Below are positions 40,601 to 56,099 of a DNA stretch of 64,000 bases, piece by piece. Below the pieces are notes generated by a model. That model did not search any database and was not told the DNA's origin. It was given only the letters and a program-made list of their open reading frames with translations. Source of the DNA: Auanema rhodensis. Taxonomy: Eukaryota > Animalia > Nematoda. Location: contig OZ059900.1 of NCBI GenBank assembly GCA_964057225.1, forward strand, positions 17,422,001 to 17,486,000. The letters run 5' to 3'. Numbering within the stretch: the first letter of the stretch is position 1; each line of letters begins with the position of its first letter. The position numbers and the translations under genes are program-made.

Positions 40601-43600
40601 ACTAAAATGAAGCCTTTTACATGCTGAACACTAGAAAAATACAAAAACACAGTATTTCCCATGAGAAATTTTTTATTATGCTGGAAAACCAGTTTTTGGA
40701 AATTTCGCTGTAAACAAGGTTTTGACTTACGATTTCATGTGCTCAAACTCATGCAATGTCAATGAAACCTAGCTCAAAATTGTTCGTACAACGTCTAGTT
40801 CCACTTTCACGACAAAAAAACAGGGGTTAGAAAATTAAGGAAATTAGCATATTCTGAGGGCACGCCCCTTATGGCTAATATTGATTAAATCGATTTTTGT
40901 TCATATGAGTCGTCAAATGCAACGAATTTCAGCGTGTTACATACTAAAATGAAGAATTTTACATGCTGAACACTAGAAAAATACAAAAACACAGTATTTC
41001 CCATGAGAAATATTTTATTATGCTGGAAAACCAGTTTTTGGAAATTTCGCTGTAAACAAGGTTTTGACTTACGATTTCATGTGTTCAAACTCATGCAATG
41101 TCAATGAAACCTAGCTCAAAATTGTTCGTACAACGTCTAGTTCCACTTTCACGACAAAAAAACAGGGGTTAGAAAATTAAGGAAATTAGCATATTCTGAG
41201 GGCACGCCCCTTATGGCTAATATTGATTAAATCGATTTTTGTTCATATGAGTCGTCAAATGCAACGAATTTCAGCGTGTTACATACTAAAATGAAGCATT
41301 TTACATGCTGAACACTAGAAAAATACAAAAACACAGTATTTCCCATGAGAAATATTTTATTATGCTGGAAAACCAGTTTTTGGAAATTTCGCTGTAAACA
41401 AGGTTTTGACTTACGATTTCATGTGTTCAAACTCATGCAATGTCAATGAAACCTAGCTCAAAATTGTTCGTACAACGTCTAGTTCCACTTTCACGACAAA
41501 AAAACAAGGGTTAGAAAATTAAGGAAATTAGCATATTCTGAGGGCACGCCCCTTATGGCTAATATTGATTAAATCGATTTTTGTTCATATGAGTCGTCAA
41601 ATGCAACGAATTTCAGCGTGTTACATACTAAAATGAAGCATTTTACATGCTGAACACTAGAAAAATACAAAAACACAGTATTTCCCATGAGAAATATTTT
41701 ATTATGCTGGAAAACCAGTTTTTGGAAATTTCGCTGTAAACAAGGTTTTGACTTACGATTTCATGTGTTCAAACTCATGCAATGTCAATGAAACCTAGCT
41801 CAAAATTGTTCGTACAACGTCTAGTTCCACTTTCACGACAAAAAAACAGGGGTTAGAAAATTAAGGAAATTAGCATATTCTGAGGGCACGCCCCTTATGG
41901 CTAATATTGATTAAATCGATTTTTGTTCATATGAGTCGTCAAATGCAACGAATTTCAGCGTGTTACATACTAAAATGAAGCATTTTACATGCTGAACACT
42001 AGAAAAATACAAAAACACAGTATTTCCCATGAGAAATATTTTATTATGCTGGAAAACCAGTTTTTGGAAATTTCGCTGTAAACAAGGTTTTGACTTACGA
42101 TTTCATGTGTTCAAACTCATGCAATGTCAATGAAACCTAGCTCAAAATTGTTCGTACAACGTCTAGTTCCACTTTCACGACAAAAAAACAGGGGTTAGAA
42201 AATTAAGGAAATTAGCATATTCTGAGGGCACGCCCCTTATGGCTAATATTGATTAAATCGATTTTTGTTCATATGAGTCGTCAAATGCAACGAATTTCAG
42301 CGTGTTACATACTAAAATGAAGCATTTTACATGCTGAACACTAGAAAAATACAAAAACACAGTATTTCCCATGAGAAATATTTTATTATGCTGGAAAACC
42401 AGTTTTTGGAAATTTCGCTGTAAACAAGGTTTTGACTTACGATTTCATGTGTTCAAACTCATGCAATGTCAATGAAACCTAGCTCAAAATTGTTCGTACA
42501 ACGTCTAGTTCCACTTTCACGACAAAAAAACAGGGGTTAGAAAACTAAGGAAATTAGCATATTCTGAGGGCACGCCCCTTATGGCTAATATTGATTAAAT
42601 CGATTTTTGTTCATATGAGTCGTCAAATGCAACGAATTTCAGCGTGTTACATACTAAAATGAAGCCTTTTACATGCTGAACACTAGAAAAATACAAAAAC
42701 ACAGTATTTCCCATGAGAAATTTTTTATTATGCTGGAAAACCAGTTTTTGGAAATTTCGCTGTAAACAAGGTTTTGACTTACGATTTCATGTGCTCAAAC
42801 TCATGCAATGTCAATGAAACCTAGCTCAAAATTGTTCGTACAACGTCTAGTTCCACTTTCACGACAAAAAAACAGGGGTTAGAAAATTAAGGAAATTAGC
42901 ATATTCTGAGGGCACGCCCCTTATGGCTAATATTGATTAAATCGATTTTTGTTCATATGAGTCGTCAAATGCAACGAATTTCAGCGTGTTACATACTAAA
43001 ATGAAGCATTTTACATGCTGAACACTAGAAAAATACAAAAACACAGTATTTCCCATGAGAAATATTTTATTATGCTGGAAAACCAGTTTTTGGAAATTTC
43101 GCTGTAAACAAGGTTTTGACTTACGATTTCATGTGTTCAAACTCATGCAATGTCAATGAAACCTAGCTCAAAATTGTTCGTACAACGTCTAGTTCCACTT
43201 TCACGACAAAAAAACAGGGGTTAGAAAATTAAGGAAATTAGCATATTCTGAGGGCACGCCCCTTATGGCTAATATTGATTAAATCGATTTTTGTTCATAT
43301 GAGTCGTCAAATGCAACGAATTTCAGCGTGTTACATACTAAAATGAAGCATTTTACATGCTGAACACTAGAAAAATACAAAAACACAGTATTTCCCATGA
43401 GAAATATTTTATTATGCTGGAAAACCAGCTTTTGGAAATTTCGCTGTAAACAAGGTTTTGACTTACGATTTCATGTGTTCAAACTCATGCAATGTCAATG
43501 AAACATAGCTCAAAATTGTTCGTACAACGTCTAGTTCCACTTTCACGACAAAAAAACAGGGGTTAGAAAATTAAGGAAATTAGCATATTCTGAGGGCACG

Positions 43601-43787
43601 CCCCTTATGGCTAATATTGATTAAATCGATTTTTGTTCATATGAGTCGTCAAATGCAACGAATTTCAGCGTGTTACATACTAAAATGAAGCATTTTACAT
43701 GCTGAACACTAGAAAAATACAAAAACACAGTATTTCCCATGAGAAATTTTTTATTATGCTGGAAAACCAGTTTTTGGAAATTTCGCT
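37632..43787 (+). repeat. Irregular 8-/6-/4-monomer higher-order units headed by [T126C,A247C,A303T][T33C]
   Basis: The linked two-monomer haplotype starts at 37632, 40368 and 42420. A partial form (A303T then T33C) is at 43446/43788. Confidence 0.8.
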
Positions 43788-46700
43788 GTAAACAAGGTTT
43801 TGACTTACGATTTCATGTGCTCAAACTCATGCAATGTCAATGAAACCTAGCTCAAAATTGTTCGTACAACGTCTAGTTCCACTTTCACGACAAAAAAACA
43901 GGGGTTAGAAAATTAAGGAAATTAGCATATTCTGAGGGCACGCCCCTTATGGCTAATATTGATTAAATCGATTTTTGTTCATATGAGTCGTCAAATGCAA
44001 CGAATTTCAGCGTGTTACATACTAAAATGAAGCATTTCACATGCTGAACACTAGAAAAATACAAAAACACAGTATTTCCCCTGAGAAATATTTTATTATG
44101 CTGGAAAACCAGTTTTTGGAAATTTCGCTGTAAACAAGGTTTTGACTTACGATTTCATGTGTTCAAACTCATGCAATGTCAATGAAACCTAGCTCAAAAT
44201 TGTTCGTACAACGTCTAGTTCCACTTTCACGACAAAAAAACAGGGGTTAGAAAATTAAGGAAATTAGCATATTCTGAGGGCACGCCCCTTATGGCTAATA
44301 TTGATTAAATCGATTTTTGTTCATATGAGTCGTCAAATGCAACGAATTTCAGCGTGTTACATACTAAAATGAAGCATTTTACATGCTGAACACTAGAAAA
44401 ATACAAAAACACAGTATTTCCCATGAGAAATATTTTATTATGCTGGAAAACCAGTTTTTGGAAATTTCGCTGTAAACAAGGTTTTGACTTACGATTTCAT
44501 GTGTTCAAACTCATGCAATGTCGATGAAACCTAGCTCAAAATTGTTCGTACAACGTCTAGTTCGACTTTCACGACAAAAAAACAGGGGTTAGAAAATTAA
44601 GGAAATTAGCATATTCTGAGGGCACGCCCCTTATGGCTAATATTGATTAAATCGATTTTTGTTCATATGAGTCGTCAAATGCAACGAATTTCAGCGTGTT
44701 ACATACTAAAATGAAGCATTTTACATGCTGAACACTAGAAAAATACAAAAACACAGTATTTCCCATGAGAAATATTTTATTATGCTGGAAAACCAGTTTT
44801 TGGAAATTTCGCTGTAAACAAGGTTTTGACTTACGATTTCATGTGTTCAAACTCATGCAATGTCGATGAAACCTAGCTCAAAATTGTTCGTACAACGTCT
44901 AGTTCCACTTTCACGACAAAAAAACAGGGGTTAGAAAATTAAGGAAATTAGCATATTCTGAGGGCACGCCCCTTATGGCTAATATTGATTAAATCGATTT
45001 TTGTTCATATGAGTCGTCAAATGCAACGAATTTCAGCGTGTTACATACCAAAATGAAGCATTTTACATGCTGAACACTAGAAAAATACAAAAACACAGTA
45101 TTTCCCATGAGAAATATTTTATTATGCTGGAAAACCAGTTTTTGGAAATTTCGCTGTAAACAAGGTTTTGACTTACGATTTCATGTGTTCAAACTCATGC
45201 AATGTCAATGAAACCTAGCTCAAAATTGTTCGTACAACGTCTAGTTCCACTTTCACGACAAAAAAACAGGGGTTAGAAAATTAAGGAAATTAGCATATTG
45301 TGAGGGCACGCCCCTTATGGCTAATATTGATTAAATCGATTTTTGTTCATATGAGTCGTCAAATGCAACGAATTTCAGCGTGTTACATACTAAAATGAAG
45401 CATTTTACATGCTGAACACTAGAAAAATACAAAAACACAGTATTTCCCATGAGAAATATTTTATTATGCTGGAAAACCAGTTTTTGGAAATTTCGCTGTA
45501 AACAAGGTTTTGACTTACGATTTCATGTGTTCAAACTCATGCAATGTCAATGAAACCTAGCTCAAAATTGTTCGTACAACGTCTAGTTCCACTTTCACGA
45601 CAAAAAAACAAGGGTTAGAAAATTAAGGAAATTAGCATATTCTGAGGGCACGCCCCTTATGGCTAATATTGATTAAATCGATTTTTGTTCATATGAGTCG
45701 TCAAATGCAACGAATTTCAGCGTGTTACAGACTAAAATGAAGCATTTTACATGCTGAACACTATAAAAATACAAAAACACAGTATTTCCCATGAGAAATA
45801 TTTTATTATGCTGGAAAACCAGTTTTTGGAAATTTCGCTGTAAACAAGGTTTTGACTTACGATTTCATGTGTTCAAACTCATGCAATGTCAATGAAACCT
45901 AGCTCAAAATTGTTCGTACAACGTCTAGTTCCACTTTCACGACAAAAAAACAGGGGTTAGAAAACTAAGGAAATTAGCATATTCTGAGGGCACGCCCCTT
46001 ATGGCTAATATTGATTAAATCGATTTTTGTTCATATGAGTCGTCAAATGCAACGAATTTCAGCGTGTTACATACTAAAATGAAGCATTTTACATGCTGAA
46101 CACTAGAAAAATACAAAAACACAGTATTTCCCATGAGAAATATTTTATTATGCTGGAAAACCAGTTTTTGGAAATTTCGCTGTAAACAAGGTTTTGACTT
46201 ACGATTTCATGTGTTCAAACTCATGCAATGTCAATGAAACCTAGCTCAAAATTGTTCGTACAACGTCTAGTTCCACTTTCACGACAAAAAAACAGGGGTT
46301 AGAAAACTAAGGAAATTAGCATATTCTGAGGGCACGCCCCTTATGGCTAATATTGATTAAATCGATTTTTGTTCATATGAGTCGTCAAATGCAACGAATT
46401 TCAGCGTGTTACATACTAAAATGAAGCATTTTACATGCTGAACACTAGAAAAATACAAAAACACAGTATTTCCCATGAGAAATATTTTATTATGCTGGAA
46501 AACCAGTTTTTGGAAATTTCGCTGTAAACAAGGTTTTGACTTACGATTTCATGTGTTCAAACTCATGCAATGTCAATGAAACCTAGCTCAAAACTGTTCG
46601 TACAACGTCTAGTTCCACTTTCACGACAAAAAAACAGGGGTTAGAAAATTAAGGAAATTAGCATATTCTGAGGGCACGCCCCTTATGGCTAATATTGATT

Positions 46701-49700
46701 AAATCGATTTTTGTTCATATGAGTCGTCAAATGCAACGAATTTCAGCGTGTTACATACTAAAATGAAGCATTTTACATGCTGAACACTAGAAAAATACAA
46801 AAACACAGTATTTCCCATGAGAAATATTTTATTATGCTGGAAAACCAGCTTTTGGAAATTTCGCTGTAAACAAGGTTTTGACTTACGATTTCATGTGTTC
46901 AAACTCATGCAATGTCAATGAAACCTAGCTCAAAATTGTTCGTACAACGTCTAGTTCCACTTTCACGACAAAAAAACAAGGGTTAGAAAATTAAGGAAAT
47001 TAGCATATTCTGAGGGCACGCCCCTTATGGCTAATATTGATTAAATCGATTTTTGTTCATATGAGTCGTCAAATGCAACGAATTTCAGCGTGTTACATAC
47101 TAAAATGAAGCATTTTACATGCTGAACACTAGAAAAATACAAAAACACAGTATTTCCCATGAGAAATATTTTATTATGCTGGAAAACCAGTTTTTGGAAA
47201 TTTCGCTGTAAACAAGGTTTTGACTTACGATTTCATGTGTTCAAACTCATGCAATGTCAATGAAACCTAGCTCAAAATTGTTCGTACAACGTCTAGTTCC
47301 ACTTTCACGACAAAAAAACAGGGGTTAGAAAATTAAGGAAATTAGCATATTCTGAGGGCACGCCCCTTATGGCTAATATTGATTAAATCGATTTTTGTTC
47401 ATATGAGTCGTCAAATGCAACGAATTTCAGCGTGTTACATACTAAAATGAAGCATTTTACATGCTGAACACTAGAAAAATACAAAAACACAGTATTTCCC
47501 ATGAGAAATATTTTATTATGCTGGAAAACCAGTTTTTGGAAATTTCGCTGTAAACAAGGTTTTGACTTACGATTTCATGTGTTCAAACTCATGCAATGTC
47601 AATGAAACCTAGCTCAAAATTGTTCGTACAACGTCTAGTTCCACTTTCACGACAAAAAAACAGGGGTTAGAAAACTAAGGAAATTAGCATATTCTGAGGG
47701 CACGCCCCTTATGGCTAATATTGATTAAATCGATTTTTGTTCATATGAGTCGTCAAATGCAACGAATTTCAGCGTGTTACATACTAAAATGAAGCATTTT
47801 ACATGCTGAACACTAGAAAAATACAAAAACACAGTATTTCCCATGAGAAATATTTTATTATGCTGGAAAACCAGCTTTTGGAAATTTCGCTGTAAACAAG
47901 GTTTTGACTTACGATTTCATGTGTTCAAACTCATGCAATGTCAATGAAACCTAGCTCAAAATTGTTCGTACAACGTCTAGTTCCACTTTCACGACAAAAA
48001 AACAGGGGTTAGAAAATTAAGGAAATTAGCATATTCTGAGGGCACGCCCCTTATGGCTAATATTGATTAAATCGATTTTTGTTCATATGAGTCGTCAAAT
48101 GCAACGAATTTCAGCGTGTTACATACTAAAATGAAGCATTTTACATGCTGAACACTAGAAAAATACAAAAACACAGTATTTCCCCTGAGAAATATTTTAT
48201 TATGCTGGAAAACCAGTTTTTGGAAATTTCGCTGTAAACAAGGTTTTGACTTACGATTTCATGTGTTCAAACTCATGCAATGTCAATGAAACCTAGCTCA
48301 AAATTGTTCGTACAACGTCTAGTTCCACTTTCACGACAAAAAAACAGGGGTTAGAAAATTAAGGAAATTAGCATATTCTGAGGGCACGCCCCTTATGGCT
48401 AATATTGATTAAATCGATTTTTGTTCATATGAGTCGTCAAATGCAACGAATTTCAGCGTGTTACATACTAAAATGAAGCATTTTACATGCTGAACACTAG
48501 AAAAATACAAAAACACAGTATTTCCCATGAGAAATATTTTATTATGCTGGAAAACCAGTTTTTGGAAATTTCGCTGTAAACAAGGTTTTGACTTACGATT
48601 TCATGTGTTCAAACTCATGCAATGTCGATGAAACCTAGCTCAAAATTGTTCGTACAACGTCTAGTTCCACTTTCACGACAAAAAAACAGGGGTTAGAAAA
48701 TTAAGGAAATTAGCATATTCTGAGGGCACGCCCCTTATGGCTAATATTGATTAAATCGATTTTTGTTCATATGAGTCGTCAAATGCAACGAATTTCAGCG
48801 TGTTACATACTAAAATGAAGCATTTTACATGCTGAACACTAGAAAAATACAAAAACACAGTATTTCCCATGAGAAATATTTTATTATGCTGGAAAACCAG
48901 TTTTTGGAAATTTCGCTGTAAACAAGGTTTTGACTTACGATTTCATGTGTTCAAACTCATGCAATGTCGATGAAACCTAGCTCAAAATTGTTCGTACAAC
49001 GTCTAGTTCCACTTTCACGACAAAAAAACAGGGGTTAGAAAATTAAGGAAATTAGCATATTCTGAGGGCACGCCCCTTATGGCTAATATTGATTAAATCG
49101 ATTTTTGTTCATATGAGTCGTCAAATGCAACGAATTTCAGCGTGTTACATACCAAAATGAAGCATTTTACATGCTGAACACTAGAAAAATACAAAAACAC
49201 AGTATTTCCCATGAGAAATATTTTATTATGCTGGAAAACCAGTTTTTGGAAATTTCGCTGTAAACAAGGTTTTGACTTACGATTTCATGTGTTCAAACTC
49301 ATGCAATGTCAATGAAACCTAGCTCAAAATTGTTCGTACAACGTCTAGTTCCACTTTCACGACAAAAAAACAGGGGTTAGAAAATTAAGGAAATTAGCAT
49401 ATTGTGAGGGCACGCCCCTTATGGCTAATATTGATTAAATCGATTTTTGTTCATATGAGTCGTCAAATGCAACGAATTTCAGCGTGTTACATACTAAAAT
49501 GAAGCATTTTACATGCTGAACACTAGAAAAATACAAAAACACAGTATTTCCCATGAGAAATATTTTATTATGCTGGAAAACCAGTTTTTGGAAATTTCGC
49601 TGTAAACAAGGTTTTGACTTACGATTTCATGTGTTCAAACTCATGCAATGTCAATGAAACCTAGCTCAAAATTGTTCGTACAACGTCTAGTTCCACTTTC

Positions 49701-52700
49701 ACGACAAAAAAACAAGGGTTAGAAAATTAAGGAAATTAGCATATTCTGAGGGCACGCCCCTTATGGCTAATATTGATTAAATCGATTTTTGTTCATATGA
49801 GTCGTCAAATGCAACGAATTTCAGCGTGTTACAGACTAAAATGAAGCATTTTACATGCTGAACACTATAAAAATACAAAAACACAGTATTTCCCATGAGA
49901 AATATTTTATTATGCTGGAAAACCAGTTTTTGGAAATTTCGCTGTAAACAAGGTTTTGACTTACGATTTCATGTGTTCAAACTCATGCAATGTCAATGAA
50001 ACCTAGCTCAAAATTGTTCGTACAACGTCTAGTTCCACTTTCACGACAAAAAAACAGGGGTTAGAAAACTAAGGAAATTAGCATATTCTGAGGGCACGCC
50101 CCTTATGGCTAATATTGATTAAATCGATTTTTGTTCATATGAGTCGTCAAATGCAACGAATTTCAGCGTGTTACATACTAAAATGAAGCATTTTACATGC
50201 TGAACACTAGAAAAATACAAAAACACAGTATTTCCCATGAGAAATATTTTATTATGCTGGAAAACCAGTTTTTGGAAATTTCGCTGTAAACAAGGTTTTG
50301 ACTTACGATTTCATGTGTTCAAACTCATGCAATGTCAATGAAACCTAGCTCAAAATTGTTCGTACAACGTCTAGTTCCACTTTCACGACAAAAAAACAGG
50401 GGTTAGAAAACTAAGGAAATTAGCATATTCTGAGGGCACGCCCCTTATGGCTAATATTGATTAAATCGATTTTTGTTCATATGAGTCGTCAAATGCAACG
50501 AATTTCAGCGTGTTACATACTAAAATGAAGCATTTTACATGCTGAACACTAGAAAAATACAAAAACACAGTATTTCCCATGAGAAATATTTTATTATGCT
50601 GGAAAACCAGTTTTTGGAAATTTCGCTGTAAACAAGGTTTTGACTTACGATTTCATGTGTTCAAACTCATGCAATGTCAATGAAACCTAGCTCAAAACTG
50701 TTCGTACAACGTCTAGTTCCACTTTCACGACAAAAAAACAGGGGTTAGAAAATTAAGGAAATTAGCATATTCTGAGGGCACGCCCCTTATGGCTAATATT
50801 GATTAAATCGATTTTTGTTCATATGAGTCGTCAAATGCAACGAATTTCAGCGTGTTACATACTAAAATGAAGCATTTTACATGCTGAACACTAGAAAAAT
50901 ACAAAAACACAGTATTTCCCATGAGAAATATTTTATTATGCTGGAAAACCAGCTTTTGGAAATTTCGCTGTAAACAAGGTTTTGACTTACGATTTCATGT
51001 GTTCAAACTCATGCAATGTCAATGAAACCTAGCTCAAAATTGTTCGTACAACGTCTAGTTCCACTTTCACGACAAAAAAACAAGGGTTAGAAAATTAAGG
51101 AAATTAGCATATTCTGAGGGCACGCCCCTTATGGCTAATATTGATTAAATCGATTTTTGTTCATATGAGTCGTCAAATGCAACGAATTTCAGCGTGTTAC
51201 ATACTAAAATGAAGCATTTTACATGCTGAACACTAGAAAAATACAAAAACACAGTATTTCCCATGAGAAATATTTTATTATGCTGGAAAACCAGTTTTTG
51301 GAAATTTCGCTGTAAACAAGGTTTTGACTTACGATTTCATGTGTTCAAACTCATGCAATGTCAATGAAACCTAGCTCAAAATTGTTCGTACAACGTCTAG
51401 TTCCACTTTCACGACAAAAAAACAGGGGTTAGAAAATTAAGGAAATTAGCATATTCTGAGGGCACGCCCCTTATGGCTAATATTGATTAAATCGATTTTT
51501 GTTCATATGAGTCGTCAAATGCAACGAATTTCAGCGTGTTACATACTAAAATGAAGCATTTTACATGCTGAACACTAGAAAAATACAAAAACACAGTATT
51601 TCCCATGAGAAATATTTTATTATGCTGGAAAACCAGTTTTTGGAAATTTCGCTGTAAACAAGGTTTTGACTTACGATTTCATGTGTTCAAACTCATGCAA
51701 TGTCAATGAAACCTAGCTCAAAATTGTTCGTACAACGTCTAGTTCCACTTTCACGACAAAAAAACAGGGGTTAGAAAACTAAGGAAATTAGCATATTCTG
51801 AGGGCACGCCCCTTATGGCTAATATTGATTAAATCGATTTTTGTTCATATGAGTCGTCAAATGCAACGAATTTCAGCGTGTTACATACTAAAATGAAGCC
51901 TTTTACATGCTGAACACTAGAAAAATACAAAAACACAGTATTTCCCATGAGAAATTTTTTATTATGCTGGAAAACCAGTTTTTGGAAATTTCGCTGTAAA
52001 CAAGGTTTTGACTTACGATTTCATGTGCTCAAACTCATGCAATGTCAATGAAACCTAGCTCAAAATTGTTCGTACAACGTCTAGTTCCACTTTCACGACA
52101 AAAAAACAGGGGTTAGAAAATTAAGGAAATTAGCATATTCTGAGGGCACGCCCCTTATGGCTAATATTGATTAAATCGATTTTTGTTCATATGAGTCGTC
52201 AAATGCAACGAATTTCAGCTTGTTACATACTAAAATGAAGCATTTTACATGCTGAACACTAGAAAAATACAAAAACACAGTATTTCCCCTGAGAAATATT
52301 TTATTATGCTGGAAAACCAGTTTTTGGAAATTTCGCTGTAAACAAGGTTTTGACTTACGATTTCATGTGTTCAAACTCATGCAATGTCAATGAAACCTAG
52401 CTCAAAATTGTTCGTACAACGTCTAGTTCCACTTTCACGACAAAAAAACAGGGGTTAGAAAATTAAGGAAATTAGCATATTCTGAGGGCACGCCCCTTAT
52501 GGCTAATATTGATTAAATCGATTTTTGTTCATATGAGTCGTCAAATGCAACGAATTTCAGCGTGTTACATACTAAAATGAAGCATTTTACATGCTGAACA
52601 CTAGAAAAATACAAAAACACAGTATTTCCCATGAGAAATATTTTATTATGCTGGAAAACCAGTTTTTGGAAATTTCGCTGTAAACAAGGTTTTGACTTAC

Positions 52701-55700
52701 GATTTCATGTGTTCAAACTCATGCAATGTCGATGAAACCTAGCTCAAAATTGTTCGTACAACGTCTAGTTCCACTTTCACGACAAAAAAACAGGGGTTAG
52801 AAAATTAAGGAAATTAGCATATTCTGAGGGCACGCCCCTTATGGCTAATATTGATTAAATCGATTTTTGTTCATATGAGTCGTCAAATGCAACGAATTTC
52901 AGCGTGTTACATACTAAAATGAAGCATTTTACATGCTGAACACTAGAAAAATACAAAAACACAGTATTTCCCATGAGAAATATTTTATTATGCTGGAAAA
53001 CCAGTTTTTGGAAATTTCGCTGTAAACAAGGTTTTGACTTACGATTTCATGTGTTCAAACTCATGCAATGTCGATGAAACCTAGCTCAAAATTGTTCGTA
53101 CAACGTCTAGTTCCACTTTCACGACAAAAAAACAGGGGTTAGAAAATTAAGGAAATTAGCATATTCTGAGGGCACGCCCCTTATGGCTAATATTGATTAA
53201 ATCGATTTTTGTTCATATGAGTCGTCAAATGCAACGAATTTCAGCGTGTTACATACCAAAATGAAGCATTTTACATGCTGAACACTAGAAAAATACAAAA
53301 ACACAGTATTTCCCATGAGAAATATTTTATTATGCTGGAAAACCAGTTTTTGGAAATTTCGCTGTAAACAAGGTTTTGACTTACGATTTCATGTGTTCAA
53401 ACTCATGCAATGTCAATGAAACCTAGCTCAAAATTGTTCGTACAACGTCTAGTTCCACTTTCACGACAAAAAAACAGGGGTTAGAAAATTAAGGAAATTA
53501 GCATATTGTGAGGGCACGCCCCTTATGGCTAATATTGATTAAATCGATTTTTGTTCATATGAGTCGTCAAATGCAACGAATTTCAGCGTGTTACATACTA
53601 AAATGAAGCATTTTACATGCTGAACACTAGAAAAATACAAAAACACAGTATTTCCCATGAGAAATATTTTATTATGCTGGAAAACCAGTTTTTGGAAATT
53701 TCGCTGTAAACAAGGTTTTGACTTACGATTTCATGTGTTCAAACTCATGCAATGTCAATGAAACCTAGCTCAAAATTGTTCGTACAACGTCTAGTTCCAC
53801 TTTCACGACAAAAAAACAAGGGTTAGAAAATTAAGGAAATTAGCATATTCTGAGGGCACGCCCCTTATGGCTAATATTGATTAAATCGATTTTTGTTCAT
53901 ATGAGTCGTCAAATGCAACGAATTTCAGCGTGTTACAGACTAAAATGAAGCATTTTACATGCTGAACACTATAAAAATACAAAAACACAGTATTTCCCAT
54001 GAGAAATATTTTATTATGCTGGAAAACCAGTTTTTGGAAATTTCGCTGTAAACAAGGTTTTGACTTACGATTTCATGTGTTCAAACTCATGCAATGTCAA
54101 TGAAACCTAGCTCAAAATTGTTCGTACAACGTCTAGTTCCACTTTCACGACAAAAAAACAGGGGTTAGAAAACTAAGGAAATTAGCATATTCTGAGGGCA
54201 CGCCCCTTATGGCTAATATTGATTAAATCGATTTTTGTTCATATGAGTCGTCAAATGCAACGAATTTCAGCGTGTTACATACTAAAATGAAGCATTTTAC
54301 ATGCTGAACACTAGAAAAATACAAAAACACAGTATTTCCCATGAGAAATATTTTATTATGCTGGAAAACCAGTTTTTGGAAATTTCGCTGTAAACAAGGT
54401 TTTGACTTACGATTTCATGTGTTCAAACTCATGCAATGTCAATGAAACCTAGCTCAAAATTGTTCGTACAACGTCTAGTTCCACTTTCACGACAAAAAAA
54501 CAGGGGTTAGAAAACTAAGGAAATTAGCATATTCTGAGGGCACGCCCCTTATGGCTAATATTGATTAAATCGATTTTTGTTCATATGAGTCGTCAAATGC
54601 AACGAATTTCAGCGTGTTACATACTAAAATGAAGCATTTTACATGCTGAACACTAGAAAAATACAAAAACACAGTATTTCCCATGAGAAATATTTTATTA
54701 TGCTGGAAAACCAGTTTTTGGAAATTTCGCTGTAAACAAGGTTTTGACTTACGATTTCATGTGTTCAAACTCATGCAATGTCAATGAAACCTAGCTCAAA
54801 ACTGTTCGTACAACGTCTAGTTCCACTTTCACGACAAAAAAACAGGGGTTAGAAAATTAAGGAAATTAGCATATTCTGAGGGCACGCCCCTTATGGCTAA
54901 TATTGATTAAATCGATTTTTGTTCATATGAGTCGTCAAATGCAACGAATTTCAGCGTGTTACATACTAAAATGAAGCATTTTACATGCTGAACACTAGAA
55001 AAATACAAAAACACAGTATTTCCCATGAGAAATATTTTATTATGCTGGAAAACCAGCTTTTGGAAATTTCGCTGTAAACAAGGTTTTGACTTACGATTTC
55101 ATGTGTTCAAACTCATGCAATGTCAATGAAACCTAGCTCAAAATTGTTCGTACAACGTCTAGTTCCACTTTCACGACAAAAAAACAAGGGTTAGAAAATT
55201 AAGGAAATTAGCATATTCTGAGGGCACGCCCCTTATGGCTAATATTGATTAAATCGATTTTTGTTCATATGAGTCGTCAAATGCAACGAATTTCAGCGTG
55301 TTACATACTAAAATGAAGCATTTTACATGCTGAACACTAGAAAAATACAAAAACACAGTATTTCCCATGAGAAATATTTTATTATGCTGGAAAACCAGTT
55401 TTTGGAAATTTCGCTGTAAACAAGGTTTTGACTTACGATTTCATGTGTTCAAACTCATGCAATGTCAATGAAACCTAGCTCAAAATTGTTCGTACAACGT
55501 CTAGTTCCACTTTCACGACAAAAAAACAGGGGTTAGAAAATTAAGGAAATTAGCATATTCTGAGGGCACGCCCCTTATGGCTAATATTGATTAAATCGAT
55601 TTTTGTTCATATGAGTCGTCAAATGCAACGAATTTCAGCGTGTTACATACTAAAATGAAGCATTTTACATGCTGAACACTAGAAAAATACAAAAACACAG

Positions 55701-56099
55701 TATTTCCCATGAGAAATATTTTATTATGCTGGAAAACCAGTTTTTGGAAATTTCGCTGTAAACAAGGTTTTGACTTACGATTTCATGTGTTCAAACTCAT
55801 GCAATGTCAATGAAACCTAGCTCAAAATTGTTCGTACAACGTCTAGTTCCACTTTCACGACAAAAAAACAGGGGTTAGAAAACTAAGGAAATTAGCATAT
55901 TCTGAGGGCACGCCCCTTATGGCTAATATTGATTAAATCGATTTTTGTTCATATGAGTCGTCAAATGCAACGAATTTCAGCGTGTTACATACTAAAATGA
56001 AGCCTTTTACATGCTGAACACTAGAAAAATACAAAAACACAGTATTTCCCATGAGAAATTTTTTATTATGCTGGAAAACCAGTTTTTGGAAATTTCGCT
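43788..56099 (+). repeat. 12-monomer higher-order repeat (4104 bp), three tandem copies
   Basis: [A294C][cons][A52G][A52G,T236C][C145G][G114A,T233G,G267T][T126C][T126C][T71C,T326C][G114A][cons][T126C,...] starts at 43788, 47892 and 51996. Confidence 0.93.
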
